From: a virus
Taxonomy: Duplodnaviria > Caudoviricetes
DNA: 63,887 bases
Virus record (IMG/VR): IMGVR_UViG_3300027659_000033
Location: 1-63,887 of that record
Direction: 5' to 3' (one strand)
How positions within the stretch are numbered: the first letter of the stretch is position 1; each line of letters opens with the position of its first letter. The notes under the pieces are model-generated. The model saw nothing but the letters and a program-made list of their open reading frames with translations. It did no database searches and had not been told where the DNA came from. Position numbers and translations under genes: made by a program. Shown in pieces: positions 54,139 through 63,887 of the stretch.

Positions 54139-57100
54139 TTATACTGTTGCAATTGCTCTAAAGTCACGAATGGTTGGAATATCAAAAATATTATTTGATA
54201 GCAACACAATTTTAACTTGGAAAGAAATAAAATCATCATTAGGATCAATTTTATACTCGCTTTCACTATATTTATTAGGGTCACTGCTAATAGGAATTGG
54301 CACTCCTGGCGTTAATTCCTGCCAATAAGTAAGATCGTCTGGCGTCGTAGTGTCAAATCCCAACTTTACATACACCTTAATATTGGTTTGATCGGTTGGA
54401 CGGTTGGTTGATATATAAACATTTAACCAATCAGCAGGAGAATTTAGTGTAACTTTGCGTGTGATGTATCGTGCAAGCGCAGACCCACCACTTGTTGCAT
54501 TTATTATTTGATATGTAACTCCACTTGCAATTGAACCCAAGTTGGCAGGATAAAATGTAATTATATTCGCAGTATTACTTACAATTTCATATACCTTTCC
54601 ATCATATTCCCCACTTGTGATTTTTAATCGTTTTCCTACCCATCCGTTGACTGCCCAGGGGGTAGCAGGGGTAGTGTCGATTAAAGTATTTGAACTTCCT
54701 CCAGTGGCAGATCCACTTTGGTATAGTGTGTATGCTTCATCAGTGCTGTCAGAATTTATAAGATTTGTAATAGCGAGTAACGATGATCCGTCAACATCAA
54801 TTATTGGAGATATTGCACGGTCTGCAGTTGTTAGGTTTGCAGTTATAAGAGCTCGAGGTCCAAACTGTTGATTTTGGCCAATTACTTTTAACGTATGCGA
54901 ATCTAAGTTACCGTAACTACTAGGCAAATATATATTAGCAGCTGTTTGAAATTTTTTGGGAGATTCAGCTTTAAATTCTATGCTATAATCTATTGCAGTA
55001 CCGTTAAATGTTAAGCTTGGTTGGCGTAAATTAAACATTGATACTGGAATTTCCAGGAGCTTTGCGCGAGTACGGGCGGGTGTAGTTGGCTCGCTGTCAC
55101 TATCCGCGCGTGTAACATTGACAGTCGGCGCAACAGTATATCCAGATCCGCGGTCATGTAGTATTATTTCTGAAATACTGCCATTAATTGGATTTAGTAC
55201 TGCAGATGCACGAGCACCTCCAGTAGGTGGATTAAATGTTATAGTAGGCGGTAAACCATAACCTGCACCAGCAGTTTCTATTGTTATTTTATCTATGCCG
55301 CTATGTAGATTTGTTCTAAATTGTATATTTCCCGATGCGGATGTAGAACCAGTATTGAAAAATTCTGCACGGTTAATACGAAATTTAAGATCTTGTTCTT
55401 GCTGTGGAGTCCATGTGTATGCATTTGCACTCGTGAAGAACGTTCCAAGATACTCTTGCTTTTCAATACGTTTGCCAGAAACTATGTCTGTTTCGCCAAG
55501 TATTGCATACCAACAACGATAGTCTCCGTCATTCGATGATACAATTATTGAATACTCTTCGCCAGTCTTTAAAAAGACTGGGTCACTAAATTTAAAGTTT
55601 GTTGGCAATGAACCGTCAGTACTTATTTGCACTTCGCCTGGGCGTCTGAAAGTTCGTGAATATGGAACTATTGTACGTGTTGGCGCTCCATTTGCCATTG
55701 TTACTATGTATATTTCAACCGGTTGGAAAAGTGCCTTTTGGGCAAAATATAGATCAACTGAGGTTATAAATGCTCCAGTTGGATAGTCATCGGTACTAAT
55801 TATAAATGACTGAGCAAGGGGATCATGATATGCTGTTGTCGTAACACTAGTCACGCTGCTAGAACGCTCTTCTTCTTCAATTGGAGTTACTGTAAATTGC
55901 GGCGTTTTTGTCGAAAGGATAGTTTCCTGCGCAGTTTCAAGTATTCCACTAGCAGTATATTTTGAAAACGCGTATGAAGTTTCAGAAGAAGTGTTTCGTG
56001 AGTCATCTGTTAATTTAAAGATGCGTTCGCCAGTACGAAACCGCATCGAACTATTATTTGGTATAATAAATGATCCATAGAGTTCTCCAGCCGAATCTGT
56101 CGTCAATACGGCGCCATACGGAGTATATCCAATTTGCGAAGTTGGTAGATCTGCTGATAGTATGTTATTGAATATGCGAGTACTGTTATCATTTATTGTT
56201 GAAGGCACAACAAATTTTGTAGTATCATTACCATCCACCTGATTTGTGTATGCCGTTATGTCACGATCTTCAAAGAAAGGATAGACTCGTGTAGACGCCT
56301 TTAAACCAGTAGCGTGGAAATAGACAATTCGTGAACGAATAAATGGTATAATTACAGTGTCTACTACATTTGTTCCAAGACTCTTTGGAACAAATGTAGA
56401 TCCAAGCGTCGTGTTTGTGCCCTCACGAGTGTCTGTAAATTCTCGTGTGGTAGTTGTGGTCCTTAAACCCCTTCGCCTCTCCACGCGCGCCCACGTCGTC
56501 GTCGTGGTGGTGCCACCCCATTCACGTTCCCAGTTATTCCAGTCTGAACCAAGTATGTCGAGTGCCGGGTCTTCAGCAATAAATTTAATCGCGTCAAATG
56601 CGCTGTCATCAGTTACAATAAGGTCTGGCCGAGTAACAGTATCTTTCCAGTTATCTGCTGCTGGCGACAGACGTATATGTCCATTAATTTTTGCATAGAC
56701 ATGAGGGTGTACGCTAATATGAGCAGTCGCCTTTAGGTGTGATATAAGTTCAACTTCGTTGTAATTTAATGTAATAATACTGTCATGAACTCGTATTTTA
56801 TCATTGTCTACTAGTTTTGAAGTACTTCCATTTATACTAGTCTGTTGACTATTAATAGCAAGATCTGCATTGTAACTGTTATAACGTGGCCGTAAAATTC
56901 CATTTTCGCGATCAGTTGAGCAACTATAGTCTGGATTAAATACATTTCCAACGCCATGACCGATAAAATTATCAACTAGTATTCCGTTTTTAAATCGAGT
57001 ACCAGCATCGTCAAATATATTTTTTTCTGTGGCCGAGCGTTCAAGAAGTGAAAGTGACGTATAGTATTCCATATTACTAATACGCTTTTCAATTGCGCCA

Positions 57101-59970
57101 ATATCACTCATTGTATAGCGACGGTTATCAATATAAGTCTTAACTATATCAGATGCATTTGTTGTATATGCTGGAACCTTTAAGGTATAGAGCGTCATTG
57201 AATTTTTAGGCACAGACGGCTCGACTGGAGTTAGCGATGAAACACCATTTACTATAGTAAATTGTCCTCTAGAATTTACTGTAACCGCGTCGATTCGAGG
57301 TAAATAAAATTTAGTGAGTGAAGTAATTGGTGTATTTGGATCAATTTGACTTTTACCTAGATTTTGTTTGATAGTTGTAGTCGCTCCATTAACTACGGTA
57401 TACACTACATCATGTCTAAAATCTATGGCATTTGATAGATTTACCCCTTTGTATGTAGGTATATTTTCATATGCTGTGCCAACACTATTGTTATTTGATC
57501 TATACGAATCAACATTATACATCACAAACTCGCGGGCAGTTACATCGCCAATACGTTCATAATATTCATACTCAATTGCAATAGGTTCAGTAAACGGCAG
57601 ACCTGAGTATTGAACTCTGGCATTCGTGTAAATGTTGTCACGTTGTCCATCATCTATAAGTTTAAATAGTGATGTAATGTCTTTTGCGCTGCCGGGGCCA
57701 GTTGTTTCTACTGAAACTATGCGGATTACATCTGTATTTTGTAATGAGAATATTTTCCCATTGGTGCCTCCACCTGTTACTGTGTCACTAACTATCTCTC
57801 GACTTTTAGTAACCCGCGCAATATTATCAGCATTCGTTACTGCTATTTTTGCAAGTACTGAATAGTTGTCATCAGTTGTCACACCAGTACCAGTTATAGT
57901 TAGTGTCGAGGAGTCACTCGACATGCTAATTGTAGTAGATGTTGCTATGACGCCATTTACCATTACCAATACATTACTAGTATCGGTAAATATTATACCA
58001 CTGCTTACAGAAAGAGTAATTGTTGGAGTTCCCGAGGATGGAAGTGTACCAGTAAACAGTCGTTGCGCGTAAAACGTGGTATTACTCATTTGACGCGACT
58101 GTGGATATGGGCACTGAAAAATAGCAGTATCATTAGTTGCTTCTAACAAAGTACCGCTATTTGCGGTATCAATATTAAACATAAAGTTACTCCCATAAAT
58201 TTGCTCAACATTATCAAATCGTCGAGCATTCCATTCCGCAGTAGACGTGCCAGTAAATTCTACGTCATACACAAAGCAGCGATACATATTGCTACCAGTA
58301 ACAGATTCAAATGCCTTTATTCGGCATGTTCCAATCTTTACAGCCGTGCCGGTTCCGGGCGGTGAGTCGGTAGGCAGTGCCACCGCGGTGGCCAAGGCTG
58401 CTGCTGTTGTAGCAATATTAGCATTATTTTCGTATGCGTATAACCCATAGGTATTTGTAACCGTTGATATTGTTGGAAATGTAGAATTGCCGTCATTGCC
58501 TTTTTGAATACTGCCAATAAAGTAACTCCCAATTGTTGCGCTGATGCTAGTTAATAATTCTGTCTCGTCGCGCGCCTTTTTAGAAGTAACGTTTAAACTC
58601 TTATTAAGCGCAACCCGATAGCCATCAACATATGCAACCGAAGAGTCAAGTGTAACTGTATACTGGTCTCGTGCATTTTCTATTGCATTAACCTTTTTCT
58701 CAGTTGACGTAATATCATATCCGATTTGATCTAAATTATCAGCTTGATATGCACCATATGGATAAGCAAGATCGCTTACTTTTCCTCCGTTAACAAATGC
58801 GGTTGTGCTGGTATTTCCCGAGCCCGGTTTTAAAACTGCAGTAAATTCTGATCCAACACTTGCGGGCTCAGTCGCTCCCAAACCTACCCAATTAGTAGGT
58901 TGCCCGGTTGTTGCACCAAGATCTTGAATGCGATACTTGCGACCAACGACAATGCAGTCAACTGGTAGGTTATCACCATCAAAGGTTTCGCGAATGCCTA
59001 TAGGAAACGGATTTACGGTATAGTTTCCAGACTCTTCACTTGTGCGTTTTGCGAGTATATCAATAATTTCGGTATACTTGGCAGTTTCAACAATTTCAAC
59101 CGGTCGTGAAGCCTTTATTACTAATAATTTTATGTATGAATCTGTACTATTCTCATAGTCATCAGAAGTTATCCAGTCTAAAGTTAGATCAATTGAATAA
59201 CGATCTGCTCCTGGCGCACTATAGTTTGGTGTACCATTAGCGTTGTCTAATAGGCTAGAATCATCAAAGTATGTCGTGATATTTTCATCAATCTTTAATA
59301 CAGCATATCCGGTTAAAGACTCGTTAGTCGGGGTTTTATCAATAAAAAACGTTTGGCGAGGAATTGCCACGAAAGATCCCTTTGTATAGAATACTCCTTC
59401 TTCACAGACTAAACCTGAAGCAAAGCCTTCACTGACATACGAGACGATGTTTACTATTGGCAACTCACTCTCTGGCAAAGAAGCGTCACTTGAACGCAAT
59501 ATAAGTTCATAACCATTTGGTACCTCATGATCAAATACACTGATGCCATTTTCATCAGTATTTGTATAGTTAAAGTAGAATGTATATTTTGCATCTTCGC
59601 GCTTAACATAGCCAACTATCTCGCCACGCAATGTGCTACCAATGTATGCAATGGATTTAGCCGACTCAGCAATCTCGGCAAGCGTAAGAACACTTCCAGC
59701 AACATTTAACTTTGCAGTTGATAGATCAAGGGTCAATGAAAATACTTCAGGTAAAAAGGAAGTACTACCACCAATTACAGCAGTATCAGCTTTCCATACG
59801 CTGTTGCCTAACCTGTTTATTTGATCTTGTAAAGAAGACTGTAACTGGTTTAGTTCTCGTACTTGTACACTATAACCTGGTTTAAATAGTACTCGAAGAT
59901 AATTTTTATCGTCATTCCCGGATGAAATATAATCATCATGATAGGTTGTGTTGTATGATGTAATAGACAT
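54139..59970 (-). CDS. Large virion structural protein (DUF4815/VrlC-like)
   Basis: YHDDY..KNYLRVLFKPGYSVQVRELNQLQS, NRRYTMSDIG, RFKNGILVDNF, DPLAQSF, DFRAIAT. Confidence 0.9.
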   Translation of the reverse strand: MSITSYNTTYHDDYISSGNDDKNYLRVLFKPGYSVQVRELNQLQSSLQDQINRLGNSVWKADTAVIGGSTSFLPEVFSLTLDLSTAKLNVAGSVLTLAEIAESAKSIAYIGSTLRGEIVGYVKREDAKYTFYFNYTNTDENGISVFDHEVPNGYELILRSSDASLPESELPIVNIVSYVSEGFASGLVCEEGVFYTKGSFVAIPRQTFFIDKTPTNESLTGYAVLKIDENITTYFDDSSLLDNANGTPNYSAPGADRYSIDLTLDWITSDDYENSTDSYIKLLVIKASRPVEIVETAKYTEIIDILAKRTSEESGNYTVNPFPIGIRETFDGDNLPVDCIVVGRKYRIQDLGATTGQPTNWVGLGATEPASVGSEFTAVLKPGSGNTSTTAFVNGGKVSDLAYPYGAYQADNLDQIGYDITSTEKKVNAIENARDQYTVTLDSSVAYVDGYRVALNKSLNVTSKKARDETELLTSISATIGSYFIGSIQKGNDGNSTFPTISTVTNTYGLYAYENNANIATTAAALATAVALPTDSPPGTGTAVKIGTCRIKAFESVTGSNMYRCFVYDVEFTGTSTAEWNARRFDNVEQIYGSNFMFNIDTANSGTLLEATNDTAIFQCPYPQSRQMSNTTFYAQRLFTGTLPSSGTPTITLSVSSGIIFTDTSNVLVMVNGVIATSTTISMSSDSSTLTITGTGVTTDDNYSVLAKIAVTNADNIARVTKSREIVSDTVTGGGTNGKIFSLQNTDVIRIVSVETTGPGSAKDITSLFKLIDDGQRDNIYTNARVQYSGLPFTEPIAIEYEYYERIGDVTAREFVMYNVDSYRSNNNSVGTAYENIPTYKGVNLSNAIDFRHDVVYTVVNGATTTIKQNLGKSQIDPNTPITSLTKFYLPRIDAVTVNSRGQFTIVNGVSSLTPVEPSVPKNSMTLYTLKVPAYTTNASDIVKTYIDNRRYTMSDIGAIEKRISNMEYYTSLSLLERSATEKNIFDDAGTRFKNGILVDNFIGHGVGNVFNPDYSCSTDRENGILRPRYNSYNADLAINSQQTSINGSTSKLVDNDKIRVHDSIITLNYNEVELISHLKATAHISVHPHVYAKINGHIRLSPAADNWKDTVTRPDLIVTDDSAFDAIKFIAEDPALDILGSDWNNWEREWGGTTTTTTWARVERRRGLRTTTTTREFTDTREGTNTTLGSTFVPKSLGTNVVDTVIIPFIRSRIVYFHATGLKASTRVYPFFEDRDITAYTNQVDGNDTTKFVVPSTINDNSTRIFNNILSADLPTSQIGYTPYGAVLTTDSAGELYGSFIIPNNSSMRFRTGERIFKLTDDSRNTSSETSYAFSKYTASGILETAQETILSTKTPQFTVTPIEEEERSSSVTSVTTTAYHDPLAQSFIISTDDYPTGAFITSVDLYFAQKALFQPVEIYIVTMANGAPTRTIVPYSRTFRRPGEVQISTDGSLPTNFKFSDPVFLKTGEEYSIIVSSNDGDYRCWYAILGETDIVSGKRIEKQEYLGTFFTSANAYTWTPQQEQDLKFRINRAEFFNTGSTSASGNIQFRTNLHSGIDKITIETAGAGYGLPPTITFNPPTGGARASAVLNPINGSISEIILHDRGSGYTVAPTVNVTRADSDSEPTTPARTRAKLLEIPVSMFNLRQPSLTFNGTAIDYSIEFKAESPKKFQTAANIYLPSSYGNLDSHTLKVIGQNQQFGPRALITANLTTADRAISPIIDVDGSSLLAITNLINSDSTDEAYTLYQSGSATGGSSNTLIDTTPATPWAVNGWVGKRLKITSGEYDGKVYEIVSNTANIITFYPANLGSIASGVTYQIINATSGGSALARYITRKVTLNSPADWLNVYISTNRPTDQTNIKVYVKLGFDTTTPDDLTYWQELTPGVPIPISSDPNKYSESEYKIDPNDDFISFQVKIVLLSNNIFDIPTIRDFRAIATV

Positions 59971-61352
59971 TAGAATTGAATAATAATCTTAATTTCTTCA
60001 GTTTGCCCGCTTTGACGGTTAATTAGTTTACGATTTTCAGTAAATACTACTTCACCACTGCGAGGTATATATTCGTTATCACTTACGGCATTGTATGCTA
60101 CAGACGTACCCTTAGAGTCAGTAACTGTGCCACTATTTGGAATAACTCCAAACCCAGTTGTTGAATTTTGATGAAAGTATATTCTGCGTGAAGCAGCGCC
60201 TTCAATCTCAACGCTAGAATAGGAATCAAAATATGCAGTTATCCCAGTTGTTCCAAACGTTAACTTGTCTCCAACTGAAATTCCAGCAGACGGGGGAGTT
60301 GGGATTGTAAGGTAACGAAGTGCACCTAGAGTGTCTGGACTACTATTTTCAGTATACTCAACATTTCTCAAAACTGAAATTTGACGATACGGGATATAAA
60401 AGCCGTCACTTGAAATACTATCAGCCGCGTCAACCGCAATTCCTATAAACCATGATGGTAATATTTTTGAGGGTTCATAACCAAAGCCGAGCAGCGGCGC
60501 GATATGAGGAACTATAACTGCGCCTGAACCACTTGAATCTATTTTAAAATAACCATCAACTATACGTTTTGATCCAGTATCAGTGTATGACCAATTTGAT
60601 GGCAATAACACACTTTTAAGCACTCCAGTATTTGGATCTGTTACAACTGGCAATTCTAATTCGGCCTGTGTGCCATCCGAGTACCTAGCAACAAATGTAA
60701 CTTCATTTAATGAACTATAACCTGAACCCTCTGACACCACAGTAAAACCATACAACAACCCTCCTCCGCCTTCGCGGATAGACTGCGCAACTGTAAGTGA
60801 TACAACTCCAGAAGTTATGTTAATAAATTGGTCAGTAATTAATTTCGATAAAACTGTTGATACGTTATCGATAAGCATCCAAACATAACCATCATTCGCA
60901 TACATTGTTGCTCGATAGTCTGTCGCCACTGGAATTCCGATAGTAGATCCCGGACCTCGCTGAAGACAAATATAGATACGCCCACTTACAACCGCGTAAC
61001 ATGGATTTATTTCTATACCGCCGTCGAGAACACTTGGATAAAAGCAATCTGGATCATACTCGCTGTATGCCTTATAGTATGCAGCTGTTTTCCATTTTAT
61101 ATGTGGAATTACTAGTTGTGTATTTGTGTTATTAATCTTAAGCAGCGTTATTAGATTTGATTTAACATCAGAATCGTCACCCTCTATTCCAAGCGAAACA
61201 GGAATGTCACCTGGAAGTAAAGCTTCTTCATCAAGAACCCATTTATCAGATTTTCCGAGTCCTACATAATAGTTTGTGCTACTGGATGCGATATCCTCTA
61301 AAAAGAGTTGTGCGTTGTTTCTACGAAAAGAGTCTGTTACGATTGCTGCCAT
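59970..61352 (-). CDS. gp8: Baseplate wedge subunit
   Basis: MAAIVTDSFRRNNA, IYICL, DGYVW, SGEVVFTENR..R..QTEEIKIIIQF; late promoter at 61371-61378. Confidence 0.9.
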   Translation of the reverse strand: MAAIVTDSFRRNNAQLFLEDIASSSTNYYVGLGKSDKWVLDEEALLPGDIPVSLGIEGDDSDVKSNLITLLKINNTNTQLVIPHIKWKTAAYYKAYSEYDPDCFYPSVLDGGIEINPCYAVVSGRIYICLQRGPGSTIGIPVATDYRATMYANDGYVWMLIDNVSTVLSKLITDQFINITSGVVSLTVAQSIREGGGGLLYGFTVVSEGSGYSSLNEVTFVARYSDGTQAELELPVVTDPNTGVLKSVLLPSNWSYTDTGSKRIVDGYFKIDSSGSGAVIVPHIAPLLGFGYEPSKILPSWFIGIAVDAADSISSDGFYIPYRQISVLRNVEYTENSSPDTLGALRYLTIPTPPSAGISVGDKLTFGTTGITAYFDSYSSVEIEGAASRRIYFHQNSTTGFGVIPNSGTVTDSKGTSVAYNAVSDNEYIPRSGEVVFTENRKLINRQSGQTEEIKIIIQF

Positions 61353-61479
61353 ACTGTGTTTTATTTAATGTATTTATATAGAAATTATAATATAATTATT
61401 ATGCTTAACTATAAGAACCAATGCTGTGGTCAGTGCCAGCAAATATATAATTTTTAACTAGCATAAGATTATTTATAAG

Positions 61480-63887
61480 TTAAAATTTAATGTATTGCAT
61501 TTTGAGCGCCTTGATTTCTTCAACTAAAGAGTTGATAGTATTTTGTTGTTCCTGTATTGCCTTAATTATTGGCGCGATCAATTCTTCATAGCCAATAGAT
61601 AGAACGTCATCACCTCCAGCTATAGAATGATTTTGGAATCCTCCAAAATCAATATTATTTTGTTCAAGTACAGCTTTTACCTCTTGAGCAATGAGCCCGT
61701 GATGATAGCGATTACGTTTTTTGCTGCCATCAGGAGTTATGTTGGCTAGCTTATTGTTTTCTATCCAATCCGATTCTACTCTGACATATTCAAGTTTTTC
61801 TTCTTCAGTGGCATCCTCAGACGGAGGTGATGGACATTCTTGTCTATACTCATCGCGCATGTCCCATTTAAAATCAACTGGTCTCAACGAGTTGATAAAA
61901 TCTAAACCTAATATTGTGTCTCTAATATCTGTTTTATCACGAGCGTCAGATCGATTTTGTACTGCGCCCCATGCATATGTTGAGGTGCCGTATCCACCGA
62001 GTTGAACTTGATTGTCCGCCGTAACTTGAGCATTATATCCAAGAGTAGAACAGCCAGTATAACTTGAACTTAAACCAGTAAATGACAGTGCGCCAACCAC
62101 GGTATTATTAATGCCATTTGTTATTCCACCACTGCTAAAAGCGCTCCGGCCAATAACAACATTATTGGTTCCAGTCGTAATACCAACCCCGGCACCGTGT
62201 CCGACAACAGTATTATATTGTCCAGTTGTAATTACCGCAAGCGCATTACCCCCAACCGCGGTATTATTACTGCCAACAAAATTTTGACTCGTAAGTACGC
62301 TATAGCTTACCGGCGCATTGGTTAGTGCAGTATTTTGGGAAAGAGTAGTAATTTCATAGGTATTTGAATTTGTTATCGCAGTAATTGGATAAGCTCCTGC
62401 AGATATACCCGTTATACCAACCATATTGATAATATAGCCTACTGACACTTGCGGAGGAAGCGTTGTTCCAACTATCGTCACGCTAAACGAACCGTCGGTT
62501 CGATTAGCAGTTCCACTACCAGTCAGCCATTCATCTATTACCGTCGTTCCAACACCACCACCCCCAGTTCCCCAACCAATTAAAGTATTTTGTTCCCCAT
62601 ACTTTAAATTAGACCCAGCCCACGCCCCAATTGCAGTATTATACCCAGTTTGGCCAATCGTTGTTAGCGCGCTAACATGTGAGCCTAGGGCAGAGTAGCC
62701 AACTCCTACACTCATGTAGGAGTTATTAGCTTTTCTTAAAGCGCGTTCGCCTATAGCAATATTATTGTAATTATTGGACCGCGCGACGCCATCTTCAGGG
62801 TCCATCGCGCGGTCTCCTATAACAATGTTATTGCGGTTAGTGGCATCTTCTATCAATAACGTATTTGCAGTAGATGAATTTATTATTATATTATTATCGT
62901 TACAATCAATTTTTAACGGAGACGTAAAAGTTTTAGTTCCAGTTATAGTTTGAGTTCCAGATAAGTTTACAAGTAATGCATCATTTGTAATTGGATGAAC
63001 GTGATCTGCTCGAGCATAGCGAAGACTCGTACCAATCGCAGCAGTGCCGTTGGATAATGGAGTGCTGGCACTTGCTTGGCCAAGTACAAACGCAGTGGTG
63101 GCAATTTGGGTCGTGTTTGTATTGACGGCCGCAGTAGTTAAATTAGTTGTAATTGGATGAACATGATCTTCTCGAGCATAGCGAAGGCTCGCTCCAGTTG
63201 TTGCTACGCCATGAATTAATGGAGTGCTGGCACTTGCTTGGCCAAGTACAAACGCAGTGGTGGCAATTTGGGTCGTGTTTGTATTGACGGCCGCAGTAAT
63301 TGAAAGTGGAACTCCACTAAAGGATGGACTTGCTAGTGGTGCTCGTGTTGTATCAGTTGTAATCGGGTGAACATGATCTGCTCGAGCATAGCGAAGACTC
63401 GTACCAATCGCAGCAGTGGTGCTATTAGCTAACGGAGTGCTAGCGCTCCCTTGGCCAAGCACAAATGCAGTGGTGGCAATATTGGTCGTGTTTGTACCAA
63501 TAGGCATAGTTAACGCGCTACCCGCGCTTGTCGCATAAGTTGCATTTGTTGCATTTGTGGCAGTTGCTGCACTCCCCGCAGCCGTTGCATAACTAACACT
63601 ACCACTTGTTGGAACTGTTATGTCTTGTGTACCATCAAAGGATACGCCATTGATTTTTATTGGTGTGGTTAGTTTCCCAGCGCTTGTCGCAGTGGTAGCG
63701 CTTGTCGCAGTGGTAGCAGTTGTCGCGCTGCCTGCAGTTGTCGCGTAGGCTACATTGAAGCTGCTAGGGTCATAGATATATATGTTTGCAGCATCAGAAC
63801 CACCTAATAACCATAGTGGTTGATTTGGACGACTATCCCAGTTAAATGTCATTGCTGTGCCGTCGCCACCGCCAGCAGCAAGAGTGC
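61480..63887 (-). CDS. Long tail fibre with S74 chaperone; frame is open to the right edge (5'-partial)
   Basis: No stop upstream of the tracked ATG; NTAVG/NTAIG repeats; SDARDKTDI, HGLIAQEV, IGYEELIAPIIKAIQE. Confidence 0.88.
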   Translation of the reverse strand, partial: TLAAGGGDGTAMTFNWDSRPNQPLWLLGGSDAANIYIYDPSSFNVAYATTAGSATTATTATSATTATSAGKLTTPIKINGVSFDGTQDITVPTSGSVSYATAAGSAATATNATNATYATSAGSALTMPIGTNTTNIATTAFVLGQGSASTPLANSTTAAIGTSLRYARADHVHPITTDTTRAPLASPSFSGVPLSITAAVNTNTTQIATTAFVLGQASASTPLIHGVATTGASLRYAREDHVHPITTNLTTAAVNTNTTQIATTAFVLGQASASTPLSNGTAAIGTSLRYARADHVHPITNDALLVNLSGTQTITGTKTFTSPLKIDCNDNNIIINSSTANTLLIEDATNRNNIVIGDRAMDPEDGVARSNNYNNIAIGERALRKANNSYMSVGVGYSALGSHVSALTTIGQTGYNTAIGAWAGSNLKYGEQNTLIGWGTGGGGVGTTVIDEWLTGSGTANRTDGSFSVTIVGTTLPPQVSVGYIINMVGITGISAGAYPITAITNSNTYEITTLSQNTALTNAPVSYSVLTSQNFVGSNNTAVGGNALAVITTGQYNTVVGHGAGVGITTGTNNVVIGRSAFSSGGITNGINNTVVGALSFTGLSSSYTGCSTLGYNAQVTADNQVQLGGYGTSTYAWGAVQNRSDARDKTDIRDTILGLDFINSLRPVDFKWDMRDEYRQECPSPPSEDATEEEKLEYVRVESDWIENNKLANITPDGSKKRNRYHHGLIAQEVKAVLEQNNIDFGGFQNHSIAGGDDVLSIGYEELIAPIIKAIQEQQNTINSLVEEIKALKMQYIKF
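62987..63500. repeat. Three tandem modules in the fibre (NTTQIATTAFVLGQ...SLRYARADHVHPIT)
   Basis: 82-bp exact identity 63055-63136 vs 63217-63298; near identity 62987-63046 vs 63359-63418. Confidence 0.9.

Noticed and set aside
1-63887. tRNA, rRNA, CRISPR arrays, stop-codon reassignment, and the many other short overlapping ORFs in the track
   Set aside because: Intergenic gaps are short with no cloverleaf or array seen by eye; core genes are intact in the standard code; the short ORFs overlap well-supported genes

Overview
A 63.9-kb, AT-rich segment of a T4-like myophage genome, coded almost entirely on the minus strand. The left part holds replication and transcription genes: gp43 (partial), hsp20, regA, gp62/gp44/gp45, dsbA, a MoxR-AAA plus vWA pair, gp46/47, gp55, uvsW and uvsY. 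The middle is the head/tail block: gp3, 23, 22, 21, 67-like, 20, 19, 18, 17, 16, 15, 14 and 13. The right part is rich in fibre and baseplate genes: a collagen fibre, PA14, LRR, RCC1/FG-GAP, two S74-chaperone fibres, a DUF4815/VrlC-like protein and gp8. It also has a glf + 2 glycosyltransferase-like operon. Early promoters (T[T/G]TACA-N17-TATAAT) and T4 late promoters (TATAAATA) are easy to read, and many sit only 5-11 nt from an ATG with no Shine-Dalgarno. The most interesting observations are: (1) an antisense homing endonuclease that inserted in the 3' end of gp44, with a replacement gp44 C-terminus and a promoter + ATG that turns the orphaned old end into a mini-ORF overlapping gp62; (2) a gp22 scaffold with two extra modules bounded by an exact 24-bp repeat and gp21-type cleavage sites (possible cargo polyprotein); (3) a three-gene fibre-tip cassette present twice as diverged paralogues; (4) an Ntn-hydrolase with a capsid-targeting-like motif at its C-terminus; (5) a ROSE-like thermometer on hsp20; (6) a convergent promoter over a homopolymer-free tract that may be an R-loop origin. 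All assignments come from motif recognition and synteny by eye; no searches were run.
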